Source: Macrostomum lignano (taxonomy: Eukaryota). From it: 64,000 nt of DNA. A program made the position numbers and the translations under genes. The DNA is taken from contig NIVC01002177.1 in assembly GCA_002269645.1 (NCBI GenBank), forward strand, positions 1 to 64,000. Reading direction: 5' to 3'. How positions within the stretch are numbered: position 1 is the stretch's first letter; every line of letters starts with the position of its first letter. The notes beneath the pieces were generated by a model. That model made no database searches and had not been told where the DNA came from. It saw only the letters and a list, made by a program, of their open reading frames with translations. Shown one piece after another: positions 20,708-34,035 of the stretch.

Positions 20708-21392
20708 CGTGGATTCACCAGGAGAGACAGCAGAGGCGTGGATTCACTAGAAGAGAGCAGAGGCGTGGATTCACCAGGAGAGAAGCAGAGGCGTGGATTC
20801 ACCAGGAGAGACAGTGAAGAGACGTGGATTCACCAGGAGAGACAGCAGAGGCGTGGATTCACTAGGAGAGACGTGGATTCACCAGGAGAGACAGCAGAGA
20901 GGCGTGGATTCACCAGGAGAGACAGTGGAGAGGCGTGGATTCACCAGGAGAGACAGTGAAGAGACGTGGATTCATCAGGAGAGACAGCAGAGAGGCGTGG
21001 ATTCACCAGGAGAGACAGTGAAGAGACGTGGATTCATCAGGAGAGACAGCAGAGAGGCGTGGATTCACCAGGAGAGACAGTGAAGAGACGTGGATTCATC
21101 AGAAGAGACAGCAGAGAGGCGTGGATTCACCAGGAGAGACAGTGAAGAGACGTGGATTCATCAGGAGAGACAGCAGAGAGGCGTGGATTCACCAGGAGAG
21201 AGTGGAGAGACGTGGATTCATCAGGAGAGACAGTGAAGAGACGTGGATTCATCAGAAGAGACAGCAGAGAGGCGTGGATTCACCAGGAGAGACAGTGAAG
21301 AGACGTGGATTCATCAGGAGAGACAGCAGAGAGGCGTGGATTCACCAAGAGAGAGTGGAGAGACGTGGATTCATCAGGAGAGACAGCAGAGA
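20708..21392. repeat. 29-31-bp minisatellite (CGTGGATTCACCAGGAGAGACAG...), intergenic
   Basis: Tandem periodicity with alternating CAGCAGAGAGG / CAGTGAAGAGA variants. Confidence 0.93.
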
Positions 21393-22579
21393 GGCAGATG
21401 CTGCCGCTAATCAAGAGAATAAGCGAACTACCAGCCGAGTGAAACCACATGGAACTGCTGTAGGGCTCGACTACACTAATGGGACAAGCGCATGTAGATC
21501 GTAATCGCCAATCGCATATTGGCCTGCAGTGGCCTGCTGCCAGCTCCCGGTTTTCAAGTTGTCACTGCGAAATCCCCTCTAATGATTGGCCCCCAACAAG
21601 CGGAAATGCCGCCCACAGCTCACAGCTATAATAGCTATAACAATTAGCAACGCGTCTGCCACGGAACTTAGATATCCAATATCCATCCGCATACGGATAT
21701 GAAGTTTTTGGCAGTCCGTAACTACCGCCAATCAGCTCTTCATCTCAGTTTCCTAATCCTCACCACATCTTTCTCTCCTGTGTGCTGAAATTTAGCGGCA
21801 ACAGCAAGACGATGGAGTGTTGTAGTAATTACCGGGTTTTGTGTCAGCCGACAACATCCGGTGACTGTGCGACTACTAGCTGGGCGTTAAATGGAAGATG
21901 TCTGTCCATACTGTACGTTGGAAGTACGTACAGACTTCCGATGGAGATGGAGGAACGTCTGCAGTGGAAACCGAATTTTATAAGGCTTTTTTCCTTCAAT
22001 GCGCTAAAGAGGTGCAAGATTTTAGGAATTGATTGTTCAGTTCGGTGTTCTAATTAGTTTCTCGCTGACAGGAGCTTTGGGCAGCGAGCGCAGTTGTGCC
22101 CATTTTGCTGACTCCTGAGCATACACACGGACACACAGGGTGTACACAACTTCATGGGTTTCATTGTTAAACCTTGTGATTTAAAATTTACTTTGTTTGA
22201 AAGATCCCCACTCGCACTCCTTGAATAATCTTAGGAATTCAACTCCAGATTCTTAATTCTAGCACTCCACGGTCCAACGAATGAGGGGATTAACGATGGG
22301 AATATACACCAGCAGACCTGGGATAACGCATGCATGCGGGATTATTATTCGCCGGCGGGAGGAGATGGGGCTGCGGGAAACTGGAGCTGGAATTTCATTG
22401 GCCGCGCGGTCCCCCAACTGTAATGAAGCGATTACGCGGGGATGAGGAGCGGCGAGAATACGAATTATAACGGCTAGTGCTAGGTATGTGGAGACAAGAA
22501 CGGATCCTGTAAAAATCAGTCCAAGAAACAATTCTATTCATAATTGATAAACAAAGATCGCAAATTACAAAACAGCATC

Positions 22580-25500
22580 ATGGTGTTGGACTCGGAAATA
22601 TGCCCCGAGAAGCAGCAGCAGCAGAAAGAGGTAGAAGAGAAGGCGATGGAGCAGCAGCAGAAACGACAGGCAACTTACACTCGATTTCTAATTGAAGAGA
22701 TACTCAAGCCAGAGTTCGGTAGGCCGCCGCCTGCTCATCTGCATCATCAGCTGCCGACTGTAGTGGGGAAGCTGCAACAGCAGGCTGCAGCCGAGGACAA
22801 GGCCAGTCTGTGGCCTGCTTGGATCTACTGCACCCGCTACTCGGACAGGCCGTCATCTGGTGAGCATGGGGGGACACTGAGGGACATGTTGGAGATAGCG
22901 GTGACACTGAGGGACATGTTGGAGATAGCGGTGACACTGAGGGACATGTTGGAGATAGCGGTGACACTGAGGGACCTGTTGGAGATATAGCGGTGACACT
23001 GAGGGACCTGTTGGAGATATAGCGGTGACACTGAGGGACATGTTGGAGATATAACGGTGACACTGAGGGACCTGTTGGAGATATAACGGTGACACTGAGG
23101 GACCTGTTGGAGATATAACGGTGACACTGAGGGACCTGTTGGAGATATAGCGGTGACACTGAGGGACCTGTTGGAGATAGATATAACGGTGACACTCAGG
23201 GACCAGTTGGAGATATAACGGTGACACTGAGGGACCTGTTGGAGATAGAACGGTGACACTGAGGGACCTGTTGGAGATATAACGGTGACACTGAGGGACC
23301 TGTTGGAGATATAGCGGTGACACTGAGGGACCTGTTGGAGATATAGCGGTGACACTGAGGGACCTGTTGGAGATATAACGGTGACACTGAGGGACCTGTT
23401 GGAGATATAGCGGTGACACTGAGGGACCTGTTGGAGATATAGCGGTGACACTGAGGGACCTGTTGGAGATATAGCGGTGACACTGAGGGACCTGTTGGGA
23501 TATAGCGGTGACACTGAGGGACCTGTTGGAGATATAGCGGTGACACTGAGGGACCTGTTGGAGATATAGCGGTGACACTGAGGGACCTGTTGGAGATATA
23601 GCGGTGACACTGAGGGACCTGTTGGAGATATAGCGGTGACACTGAGGGACCTGTTGGGGATATAGCGGTGACACTGAGGGACCTGTTGGAGATATAGCGG
23701 TGACACTGAGGGACCTGTTGGAGATATAGCGGTGACACTGAGGGACCTGTTGGAGATATAACGGTGACACTGAGGGACCTGTTGGAGAACGGTGACACTG
23801 AGGGACCTGTTGGAGATAGAACGGTGACACTGAGGGACCTGTTGGAGATATAACGGTGACACTGAGGGACCTGTTGGAGATATAGCGGTGACTCTGAGGG
23901 ACCTGTTGGAGATATAACGGTGACACTGAGGGACCTGTTGGAGATATAGCGGTGACACTGAGGGACCTGTTGGAGATATAACGGTGACACTGAGGGACCT
24001 GTTGGAGAACGGTGACACTGAGGGACCTGTTGGAGATATAGCGGTGACACTGAGGGACCTGTTGGAGATATAGCGGTGACACTGAGGGACCTGTTGGAGA
24101 ACGGTGACACTGAGGGACCTGTTGGAGATATAACGGTGACACTGAGGGACCTGTTGGAGATATAACGGTGACACTGAGGGACCTGTTGGAGATATAGCGG
24201 TGACACTGAGGGACCTGTTGGAGATATAACGGTGACACTGAGGGACCTGTTAGAGATATATCGGTGACACTGAGGGACCTGTTGGAGAACGGTGACACTG
24301 AGGGACCTGTTGGAGATAGAACGGTGACACTGAGGGACCTGTTGGAGATATAACGGTGACACTGAGAGACCTGTTGGAGATATAGCGGTGACTCTGAGGG
24401 ACCTGTTGGAGATATAACGGTGACACTGAGGGACCTGTTGGAGATATAGCGGTGACACTGAGGGACCTGTTGGAGATATAACGGTGACACTGAGGGACCT
24501 GTTGGAGAACGGTGACACTGAGGGACCTGTTGGAGATAGAACGGTGACACTGAGGGACATGTTGGAGATATAACGGTGACACTGAGGGACCTGTTGGAGA
24601 ACGGTGACACTGAGGGACCTGTTGGAGATATAGCGGTGACACTGAGGGACCTGTTGGAGATATAGCGGTGACACTGAGGGACCTGTTGGAGATATAGCGG
24701 TGACTCTGAGGGACCTGTTGGAGAACGGTGACACTGAGGGACCTGTTGGAGATATAACGGTGACACTGAGGGACCTGTTGGAGATATAGCGGTGACACTG
24801 AGGGACCTGTTGGAGATATAGCGGTGACACTGAGGGACCTGTTGGAGATATAACGGTGACACTGAGGGACCTGTTGGAGATATAGCGGTGACACTGAGGG
24901 ACCTGTTGGAGATATAACGGTGACACTGAGGGACCTGTTGGAGATATAACGGTGACACTGAGGGACCTGTTGGAGAACGGTGACACTGAGGGACCTGTTG
25001 GAGAACGGTGACACTGAGGGACCTGTTGGAGAACGGTGACACTGAGGGACCTGTTGGAGAATGGTGACACTGAGGGACCTGTTGGAGATATAACGGTGAC
25101 ACTGAGGGACCTGTTGGAGATATAACGGTGACACTGAGGGACCTGTTGGAGAACGGTGACACTGAGGGACCTGTTGGAGAACGGTGACACTGAGGGACCT
25201 GTTGGAGAACGGTGACACTGAGGGACCTGTTGGAGAATGGTGACACTGAACTGACACAAGGTGACGCAAAGAGTCTAATTGCCGATTAAAAAAGTAAATT
25301 GCTATTAATAGTAAAATGACAAAGAAAAATTTGCCTCAAATCAAAGCCGACTTCAATGATTCATTTTTTCCCGATAGTCTCTTTTTAATTTCTCGAAGCT
25401 ATAAAGACTATCTATAATGAGTTATTATCGCTTTAATCCGCGCCTCCCATGGCAGCAATTCATCATCATCAGTGCCAAGCCGATCATTATTATAGATCGA

Positions 25501-28500
25501 TCCCTCAATATATTTCCACACCCAAGACTCGTACAGAGGCTGAGCAGCCTTATCAGTGTTTCGATGATGATGCCAAGAGGGATGCTGCTGACTTCCTCAG
25601 CTCTTTTTTCTAATTCATTAACGCCTCACCAAACTTGATGCCATGAGGCGGTTAGAGGCTCTGTCTATCACCTCATTAAGGTCTCTCTGCATGCAGTGAT
25701 ACGAGGGCGGGGGAATTCTCAGAGGGTGAACGGCTTATCTGCCAAATCCCGATGATGGATGCTGATGGGATAAGTGAGTTAAAAAAAATCGCCTCAGCGA
25801 GAGCGCCTGGAAGAAACTCTTTGAAGTTGAGTGAGCGGCGACCTTCTCGAGTAGAGGCTCAAAAATGAGAGGAGGAGTGGGCGGGGTCGCCTGATTGAGT
25901 GGGGGTGGGTGCCCCGATCTTCTGGCTATAATATTTTTCTGTTCGAAATATCCCTTTTTATCTAAATTGAATCGGCCGAATGGGGATCCTGCACCATCGC
26001 ACACCTGTCTGCCCTCCAGCGCTGCTTTAATTATCCTCCTCCAAAAAAACCGCTGATTGCTAATAAGGAGAATCTCCCAAGGGTTTATCTTGATTTGCCA
26101 CTCGAATCTGCCGCGTCGATATTTTTCGAGCCATCAAACTCTTCATTGATGATGTTTTTTAATTAGCCATCAATTGCTGATTATAAATTCTTCCCAGCGA
26201 CTAAATTGTTCCCATGGGAACTCATCGGTTTAAACCACATGTTCTATATTATCTAGATGTTGTCACTCCTGCAGCATTCGCTAATGCATTTAGCGACCGT
26301 CTCCGAGGTCCCGAAAACCCCAGGGTTTGGGCCACAGACACCAGCTGCTGCTGCTAATGCTTGAGAGCAGCAGAAGCTACAGTCTATGGTCTGAACCCCC
26401 GGGGGTTTTCGCGCTGCGAGTGGCCCCATCCAGGAGTATATAGAATCTGTGGTTCGCCAGTGCCATGGACTTCTATACTTAGCTAAGCATTGAAGTCCAT
26501 GGCCAGTGCATTTAGTATGCTTTGCAGAACGCATGGCGCTGAATGGGGTTTCGCCATAGACAAATTCGGTCCAGAAAAATCTGATTTCCCTTTTAGAGAG
26601 CATACAAAATGCACTAAAGGGATAGGACAGATATCCGTGCCTTACCGGGCTCTAACTCATTTCTAAGAAAATTGAGTATAGAGCGTCCTTCTGCATCCAG
26701 CTCATTTCTAAGAAAATCGAGTGCAGAGCGTCCTTCTGCATCCAGCTCATTTCTAAGAAAATCGAGTGCAGAGCGTCCTTCTGCATCCAGCTCATTTCTA
26801 AGAAAATCGAGTGCAGAGCGTCCTTCTGCATCCAGCTCATTTCTAAGAAAATCGAGTGCAGAGCGTCCTTCTGCATCCAGCTCATTTCTAAGAAAATCGA
26901 GTGCAGAGCGTCCTTCTGCATCCAGCTCATTTCTAAGAAAATCGAGTGCAGAGCGTCCTTCTGCATCCAGCTCATTTCTAAGAAAATCGAGTGCAGAGCG
27001 TCATTCTGCATCTAGCTCATTTCTAAGAAAATCGAGTGCAGAGCTTCATTCTGCATCTAGCTCATTTCTAAGAAAATCGAGTGCAGAGCGTCCTTCTGCA
27101 TCCAGCTCATTTCTAAGAAAATCGAGTGCAGAGCGTCCTGCATCTAGCTCATTTCTAAGAAAATCGAGTGCAGAGCGTCCTTCTGCATCCAGCTCATTTC
27201 TAAGAAAATCGAGTGCAGATCGTCCTTCTGCATCTAGCTCATTTCTAAGAAAATCTATTGTATCGATTGCATCAATCAAAACTTCTAAAGAAAAAATTCC
27301 GAGAGTACTAGCTAGATAGAAATCAAACTAACTCAAATAGCAAGTTGATTAGGTGTGCTGCACTGTTACTGCATTCCAATCTGTATATCTGCTGCTACCA
27401 TATCACAGAAAGGGGAACTCCAGATCAGGCTGGACACTCCAGTGCGCATCAAACTTACAACAATATAAATTATCCCATTAAAACGTCATGCTGTCACACG
27501 CCCATCCGGCAGGTCCTCGAGTCCGTAAGTTCCGCCGACGTAGCCGCAAGGACAACGAAAAAAGGCCAAGGACGTCATTCTCTGGCGAGCAGCTCAAACG
27601 GCTCAAGCAGGAGTTCGAAGAGAATAGGTTGGTTGCTATGCAGATTCGCTGAGCTTGCAAATCGAGAAAAATTTTTTCTGGAATATGGTTTTCACCGTAT
27701 AAAATGCATTGGCGAGATGGGATTTTTTAGATTTTTTTCTGGGTTTTCGAATTCCAAATGAAGCAAGTGTGCGTTTTTGTGTATTTTTCCGGCGCGGATT
27801 AGTCTATGGCAAAACCCCAGTCAGCGCCACGCAAAAAAAGCAAATCTTTGCCAGAAGCAGAGCTTGCGAAAGCTATTCATAACTTAACCACTTTTATTGT
27901 ATCCTATATAGGCGTAGGGCAGTAGCCTAGTGGTCAAGCGCGGCGTTCTTATGTTTCAGCGGCCCAGGCTCGATTCCAAGTGCAGTCACATTTGAATCTC
28001 GGCTAGGGTCTTGCCGTAAAATTAACGCCCTTGAGGGCCAACCCCCCTCACCCCCAAGGCACAGTGAAGTGTACATGCCTAACGATAAATACAGTTAGGG
28101 CCGCTGTACACTCCTGTGTGAGTGTGTGCCTGTGCGTATGATTGCGTACGTATCCGCGCGCTTGTGTGCCTGCTCAGGGGAGTCGGTGGAATGGACACCA
28201 ATGCCTCTCGCCGGTTGTGTGGCAATGTCGGTTAAAGTGCGCCAGGGTGCACACTGCCCCTGCCTCTGATAAAAATTGTACCCTATTTTGCAACTTGAGC
28301 CCTACTACGAGCACCCCATTGCCGACCATCCCACCCGCCTGCGCAGGTATCTCACAGAAGAGCGGCGACTCTCTCTGGCCAAGGAGCTGCAGCTGAACGA
28401 GTCGCAGGTGAAAATCTGGTTCCAAAATAAGCGAGCGAAGGCTAAAAAGGTGAGTTGTTTTAATGCGTGTCAGCTTTTTTGCAGATAAGCCAGGTTGCCC

Positions 28501-28675
28501 GCAGACCTCTTGCGAATATTTATAAGACTACCCTAGCTTATAGTGCCCACTGTACACCTGACCGCAGGGCCACGGCTTTAAGAATCCGCTCGCGCTGCAC
28601 CTGATGTCCCAGGGGTTGTACAATCACTCCGTGCGACTGCGGACAGACTCGGACAGCGACCGGGATGGCATCTGA
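22580..28675 (+). CDS. en: Engrailed homeobox transcription factor (201 aa, 4 exons)
   Basis: Exons 22580-22859, 27513-27627, 28347-28449 and 28568-28675 (606 nt, frame-consistent, GT-AG). EH1 [12 protein letters not shown]; EH2 [19 protein letters not shown]; homeodomain [58 protein letters not shown]; EH5 [17 protein letters not shown]. Confidence 0.96.
22870..25250. repeat. 28/30/32-bp minisatellite (CGGTGACACTGAGGGACCTGTTGGAGATATAG), about 2.4 kb, in engrailed intron 1
   Basis: Tandem periodicity starting about 10 nt after the exon-1 donor. Confidence 0.96.
26655..27256. repeat. 45-bp satellite (CTCATTTCTAAGAAAATCGAGTGCAGAGCGTCCTTCTGCATCCAG), about 13 copies, in engrailed intron 1
   Basis: Tandem periodicity; a single related monomer occurs at about 51240-51290. 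Confidence 0.95.
27917..28275 (+). mobile_element. tRNA-derived SINE, copy 2 (in engrailed intron 2)
   Basis: GGGCAGTAGCCTAGTGGTCAAGCGC (A box TAGCCTAGTGG) followed by GGCTCGATTCC (B-box-like); body shared with 2650-2945. Confidence 0.8.
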
Positions 28676-29718
28676 CTCAAAAGCTGGCCGGGACACTAAA
28701 CTTCTTATGACTACTTAGTGGTTTAGAATTTTTGTACTGTTTACTCACGTGTGTAACATGGTAGTAAAAGGATTGTGATTCAGCGCTCAGAGACCGCGGA
28801 ATAGAGGGGGGGGGCAGAGGGGGCAGCTGTCCCTCTCACCTAGCATTAAGATGACATGGGTGGGGCACAGATACAGCAGGCTAAAAATATAAATTGCAAG
28901 TTTGGCTAATACTCGTAGAATAGTCAGAGGATGCCGTTAAGCACTTGAGGATTTTTTACCATAGACACACTAATAGCAGTGCAGTAGACCATAGACCATA
29001 TACTTTCGACCATAGACTATTTTATTCTTGAATGAATCAAACTAACCGCTAAGTGTCTGAAAAAAAGGATTTTCGCTAGTTGTCTATGGCCAGATAAATA
29101 ATCCTGCTCATGGCTGCGGCCCAGGTGAGGGAGGAGAATTTAAAAGAGATGAGAGGGAGAGTGGTGTTAGAAGAGAGCTGAGAAGATACAAATGCTCACA
29201 GAAGATTCAAAGAACCCCCGAGGGCCGGATAGAGAGGGTTGGTGGTCGGAAAGCACAATCCTATTAAATACCTATAGATACTAATATAGATATCCACTTT
29301 CACGTTCGTGTTAACTAACAAGCGAAATAAATCAATTTTCAGTTTTTCTTCGAACTTAACAAGATTATATCGTCTTATGATTGATTGATCTGTAACCTAC
29401 AATAGAGTTAGTTTTTTTGAACGTACGGAATATACTTTTACATTCAAACCCCGCATCCTTGCCTCTTATATTAAGCATGACTAACTGTACATATATAATT
29501 GCAATTAAAATAATAATTCATATTTACTATTACTGTCTTGGCAATCTGTATAGTTGCAATCTTAAAAGCTTTGTCTATTAATAAATTTTGCTTTCTAAAG
29601 CAAGTTTTATAATGAATTGCACAGGGCCTGTACAGAAAGTTTGTTTTTTAAATCAAACCACGAATTGTCACAATGTGACACTTGGTCTACAAGTAGCAAA
29701 TTAAATTTATTTACAGAG

Positions 29719-30180
29719 AGAGGCTTCTTTGTGGGGGGGGGGAGCGGAGTTGTGGGGGGGAGGCAGCGGAGTTGTGGGGGGAGGTAGCGAAGTTATAGGG
29801 GGGAGACAGCGGAGTTGTGGGGGGAGGTAGCGAAGTTATAGGGGGGAGACAGCGGAGTTGTGGGGGAGGTAGCGAAGTTATAGGGGGGAGACAGCGGAGT
29901 TGTGGGGGAGGTAGCGAAGTTATAGGGGGAGACAGCGGAGTTGTGGGGGAGGCAGCGGAGTTGTGGGGGGAGGTAGCGAAGTTATAGGGGGAGGCAGCGG
30001 AGTTGTGGGGGGAGGCAGCGGAGTTGTGGGGGAGGCAGCGGAGTTGTGGGGGGAGGCAGCGGAGTTGTGGGGGGAGACAGCGGAGTTGTGGGGGAGGCAG
30101 CGGAGTTGTGGGGGAGGCAGCGGAGTTGTGGGGGGAGACAGCGGAGTTGTGGGGGAGGCAGCGGTGTTGTGGGGGGAGGC
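29719..30180. repeat. G-rich 20-21-bp minisatellite (GGGGGAGGCAGCGGAGTTGTG)
   Basis: Tandem periodicity with a G4-G9 run in every unit. Confidence 0.93.
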
Positions 30181-30663
30181 ACGGCAGACATAAAAAAGAT
30201 GGAAGAATACAATGATGATAGGAATTAGACATTTTCCACGGCAAAGTACGATCTAAAATGCGGTGCAAATCAGTATCGGGGATAGATTTGTATTTGCTGC
30301 AATGATTGATGCAGAGCTGTAGTTCCGTTTAGAAACAAAAAACTACACAAGGCTAGGGGGAGGTGAAGAGAGTTAGAAAATTGGCATGCGCTAGCGCAAC
30401 TCCAGCAGCGCAGCAGTGCGATTGTGACTTGCCAGCCATTCAGTCAGCTGTGTGCTAAGTGAGACTTCGACACGCCGGCAGGGGGTTGGCGGTGGCGCTG
30501 TCGGTTCGGTGGTGTAATAAATCATTCTCTCTGCACTGTTTCAGTCGCGTACCGCGAAACTAGGACGAGACTTGTTGTTCACTAGTGATTTTTGAAGCCG
30601 CTGGTGTTGAAAATTGGCAGCTTAGAACTTGTGTGGTGCCCCAGGCAGACTTATGATTATCAA

Positions 30664-31305
30664 AGGAGAGCAGATAGCTGAGGAGAGGAGATAGCTGAGG
30701 AGAGGAGATAGCTGAGGAGAGGAGATAGCTGAGGAGTGGAGATAGCTGAGGTGTGGAGATAGCTGAGGAGAGGAGATAGCTGAGGAGTTGAGATAGCTGA
30801 GGAGAGGAGATAGCTGAGGAGAGGAGATAGCTGAGGAGAGAAGATAGCTGAGGAGTGGAGATAGCTGAGGAGAGGAGATAGCTGAGGAGAGGAGATAGCT
30901 GAGGAGAGAAGATAGCTGAGGAGTGGAGATAGCTGAGGTGTGGAGATAGCTGAGAAGAGGAGATAGCTGAGGAGTTGAGATAGCTGAGGAGAGGAGATAG
31001 CTGAGGAGAGGAGATAGCTGAGGAGAGAAGATAGCTGAGGAGTGGAGATAGCTGAGGAGAGGAGATAGCTGAGGAGAGGAGATAGCTGAGGAGAGGAGAT
31101 AGCTGAGGAGAGGAGATAGCTGAGGAGAGAAGATAGCTGAGGAGAGGAGATAGCTGAGGAGAGGAGATAGCTGAGGAGAGGAGATAGCTGAGGAGAGGAG
31201 ATAGCTGAGGAGTGGAGATAGCTGAGGAGAGGAGATAGCTGAGGAGAGGAGATAGCTGAGGAGAGGAGATAGGTGAGTGGAGATAGCTGAAGAGTGGAGA
31301 TAGCA
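30664..31305. repeat. 17-bp minisatellite (CTGAGGAGAGGAGATAG), about 37 copies
   Basis: Tandem periodicity. Confidence 0.95.
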
Positions 31306-32434
31306 TAAAATGCAGATTTACTCGAACTTCGAATTCGAAGTTAGAACTTCATCTGCAGCTCTCATAATAACCACTTTTTTGTCTTAGATGTTCAGTTTAA
31401 CGTCGCCAGTTTAGCGGAGACTGAATAAATTTTAACGACACAACAGCCGAACACAAGCATGGAGACAGATTAGCATCGGCATCAGCCACCAAGATCTCCA
31501 CTTATTATCCCGTGTAGGGTTCCCATCTTAAATTAGCCTGGCTTAGCTCTCCATGTGCGTTGCCAAGCGACCAAGCAAATAGGCGAGGCGCAGCGCCAGC
31601 TGAAGCCTTTGCTGACGAATTATTTTGGCCTGCCCTCCATCCCACTATGACGGACGGGCGCCCTTGAAGTAACGTCAGCTGGCGCGGGGTGGGTCCGGGG
31701 GTGGCTCAAACTCATTAGTGACTGATTTACGCGGCGCCCAGCCAGGTAGACAGGGCCAACTGGAATCGCCGCCTCGCCCTACCCTTCTCTTTCTAATTTT
31801 TTAGTTCGGTCTTCCGAGCTTAAGCCCCGATTCTAATAATTATTCCGTCCAGTGTTTGTTTGATTGCGGGGGCCGCTCAAGGTCGAGAGGATGCGCCGTC
31901 CCTGTCACTATCAATTACAGGCGAGGCCGGGGGGGGCAACTGCAGCTGTCTCTCTCTCTGTGTGTCTGCAGATCGCCGCGTGAAAGTTAATTGCGCCACA
32001 TATTTGCATTTGTTAGAGCCCCCCCCCCAACAGTAGCGTACCAAAATTCAGGCTTGAAAAGGCAAATAATTAACTTTTCCAAGCGCTTGTCCGTCTTTGT
32101 TTTGCTCCGCTTGAAGCGTGTTTTTTGTCGCCTTTGTCAGGCTGTCGCTGCGGTGTGTGTGTTTCAATTTTTTGTTACCGCCAACGCCTCTCCCCGTGTG
32201 CCAGTTGTTCCAGTTGATGAAACTTGCACAAAAGCTGTCCCTATCCGCGTGTCAGACGCTGGCTTGACGCGCCCTAGTGACCATAAATATAATATTCATA
32301 GAGATGGCGGGTTGTTGCCTTTAGGGTAGTATATTATTATACAATTGCAATGATTGCCACATTAATAGAGTACAATACTGGGACATTCATTATTTGAAAT
32401 CCCAAGCTGAGGCAATTTAAACCATATAGCTCCC

Positions 32435-32765
32435 TATAGATGAGGCATCTAACATCTCTAAAGATGAGGCATCTGACATTCCTATAGATGAGGCATCTGA
32501 CATCCCTAAAGATGAGGCATCTGACATCCCTATAGACGAGGCATTTGACATCCCTATAGACGAGGCATTTGACATCCATATAGATGAGACATTTGACATC
32601 CCTATAGATGGGGAATCTAACATCTCTATAGATGAGGCATCTGACATCTCTATAGATGAGGCATCTGACATCCATTTAGATGAGGCATCTGACATCTCTA
32701 TAGATGAGGCATCTGACATCTCTATAGATGAGGCATCTGACATCCATATAGATGCGGAATCTGAA
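32435..32765. repeat. 24-bp minisatellite (TATAGATGAGGCATCTGACATCCC)
   Basis: Tandem periodicity, about 13 copies. Confidence 0.92.
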
Positions 32766-33411
32766 ATCCCTTAGATCTATTAGATCTGCATGGCTCGGAC
32801 TCCACAAGCTTAGAAGTTGTTAACCCTAACGGCCAGTATATGAATAGCAAATCAATGCAGTTTGAAAAAGCAACCGAAAATTTCTCGCAACTCTTCATTT
32901 CGTCAAACAGCTTCCTGAAAAATATGGGGAAAGCAGACGGGGGGATGCGTAGAATTATGTTATCCGCTTCCGACGTCCCGGCTGAGCTGGGAGAGCGGGA
33001 ATCAGGGACTCCGACCGCAAGCCCCGGAAGTGGGAGCTTGTGAAATTGTTTTCCCCCAGAATCCCAAATCAATGCTATCCAACATCGCCTCACACTCACA
33101 CCCCCTCTCCCTCACTCGGCTGTCCCAGATTTTGGACTCGAGTCTGAGCACTGCGGGATAATGGGGCCAATTATTGTGCCAAGTGCAGGAAGAGAGTTAA
33201 GCCTAGTATAGAATCCTCTCGGTTTTAGCGCTAATTTCGACTGCTAGTGAAATAATCAGCCGCGCAACCCGTGGGAGAGGAAATCTAAATGACTTTGTTC
33301 TGGCGATGGAGCTGAGTTGGCTCGCTTGCGGCTGACCAAACTAATAAGGGGCTCAGTGCATCCAAGGCAGTTTTAGTGAACTAATCACTAGACTAATGGA
33401 AGGGTGGATGG

Positions 33412-34035
33412 ATCTATAGACGGAATTAAAGCATCTATAGACAAAAATAAGTGACAGATCTGAGGATCTATAGACGAAAATAAGTGACAGATCTGAGGAT
33501 CTATAGACGAAAATAAGTGACAGATCTAAGTATCTGTAGACAAAAATGTGACGGATCTAAGTATCTGTAGACAAAAATGTGACAGATCTAAGGATCTATA
33601 GACGACAGATCTGAGGATCCATAGACGGAAATAAGTGAGATCTGAGGATCTATAAACAGAAATAAGGACAGATCTAAGTATCTGTAGACGAAAATAAGTG
33701 ACAGATCTAAGGATCTATAGACGAAAATAAGTGACAGACCTGAGGATCTGTAGACGGAAATAAGTGACAGATCTGAGGATCTATAAACGAAAATAAGTGA
33801 CAGATCTGAGGATCTATAGACAGAAATAAGTGACAGATCTAAGGATCTATAGACAGAAATAAGTGACAGATCTAAGGGTCTATAGACGAAAATAAGTGTG
33901 ACAGACCTGAGGATCTATAGACGAAAATAAGTGTGACAGACCTGAGGATCTATAGACGAAAATAAGTGACAGATCTGAGGAACTATAGACGGAAAGAAGT
34001 GACAGATCTAAAGATCTATAGACAGAAATAAGTAC
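33412..34035. repeat. About 33-bp degenerate minisatellite (AGATCTGAGGATCTATAGACGAAAATAAGTGAC)
   Basis: Tandem periodicity with indels. Confidence 0.9.

Noticed and set aside
22704-25269. Very long ORFs (445, 797, 687 and 339 aa) on the minus strand
   Set aside because: They are translations of the 28-32-bp minisatellite inside engrailed intron 1; the units simply lack stops on that strand.
27917-27990. Possible tRNA gene
   Set aside because: A and B boxes are present but I could not form a cloverleaf or CCA-ready acceptor stem, and it runs into a body shared with other copies, so it is a SINE head.
28790-28860. GGGGGGGCAGAGGGGGCAGCTGTC motif, also loosely at about 31930, as a possible MITE end
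   Set aside because: No matching inverted terminus or TSD could be found.
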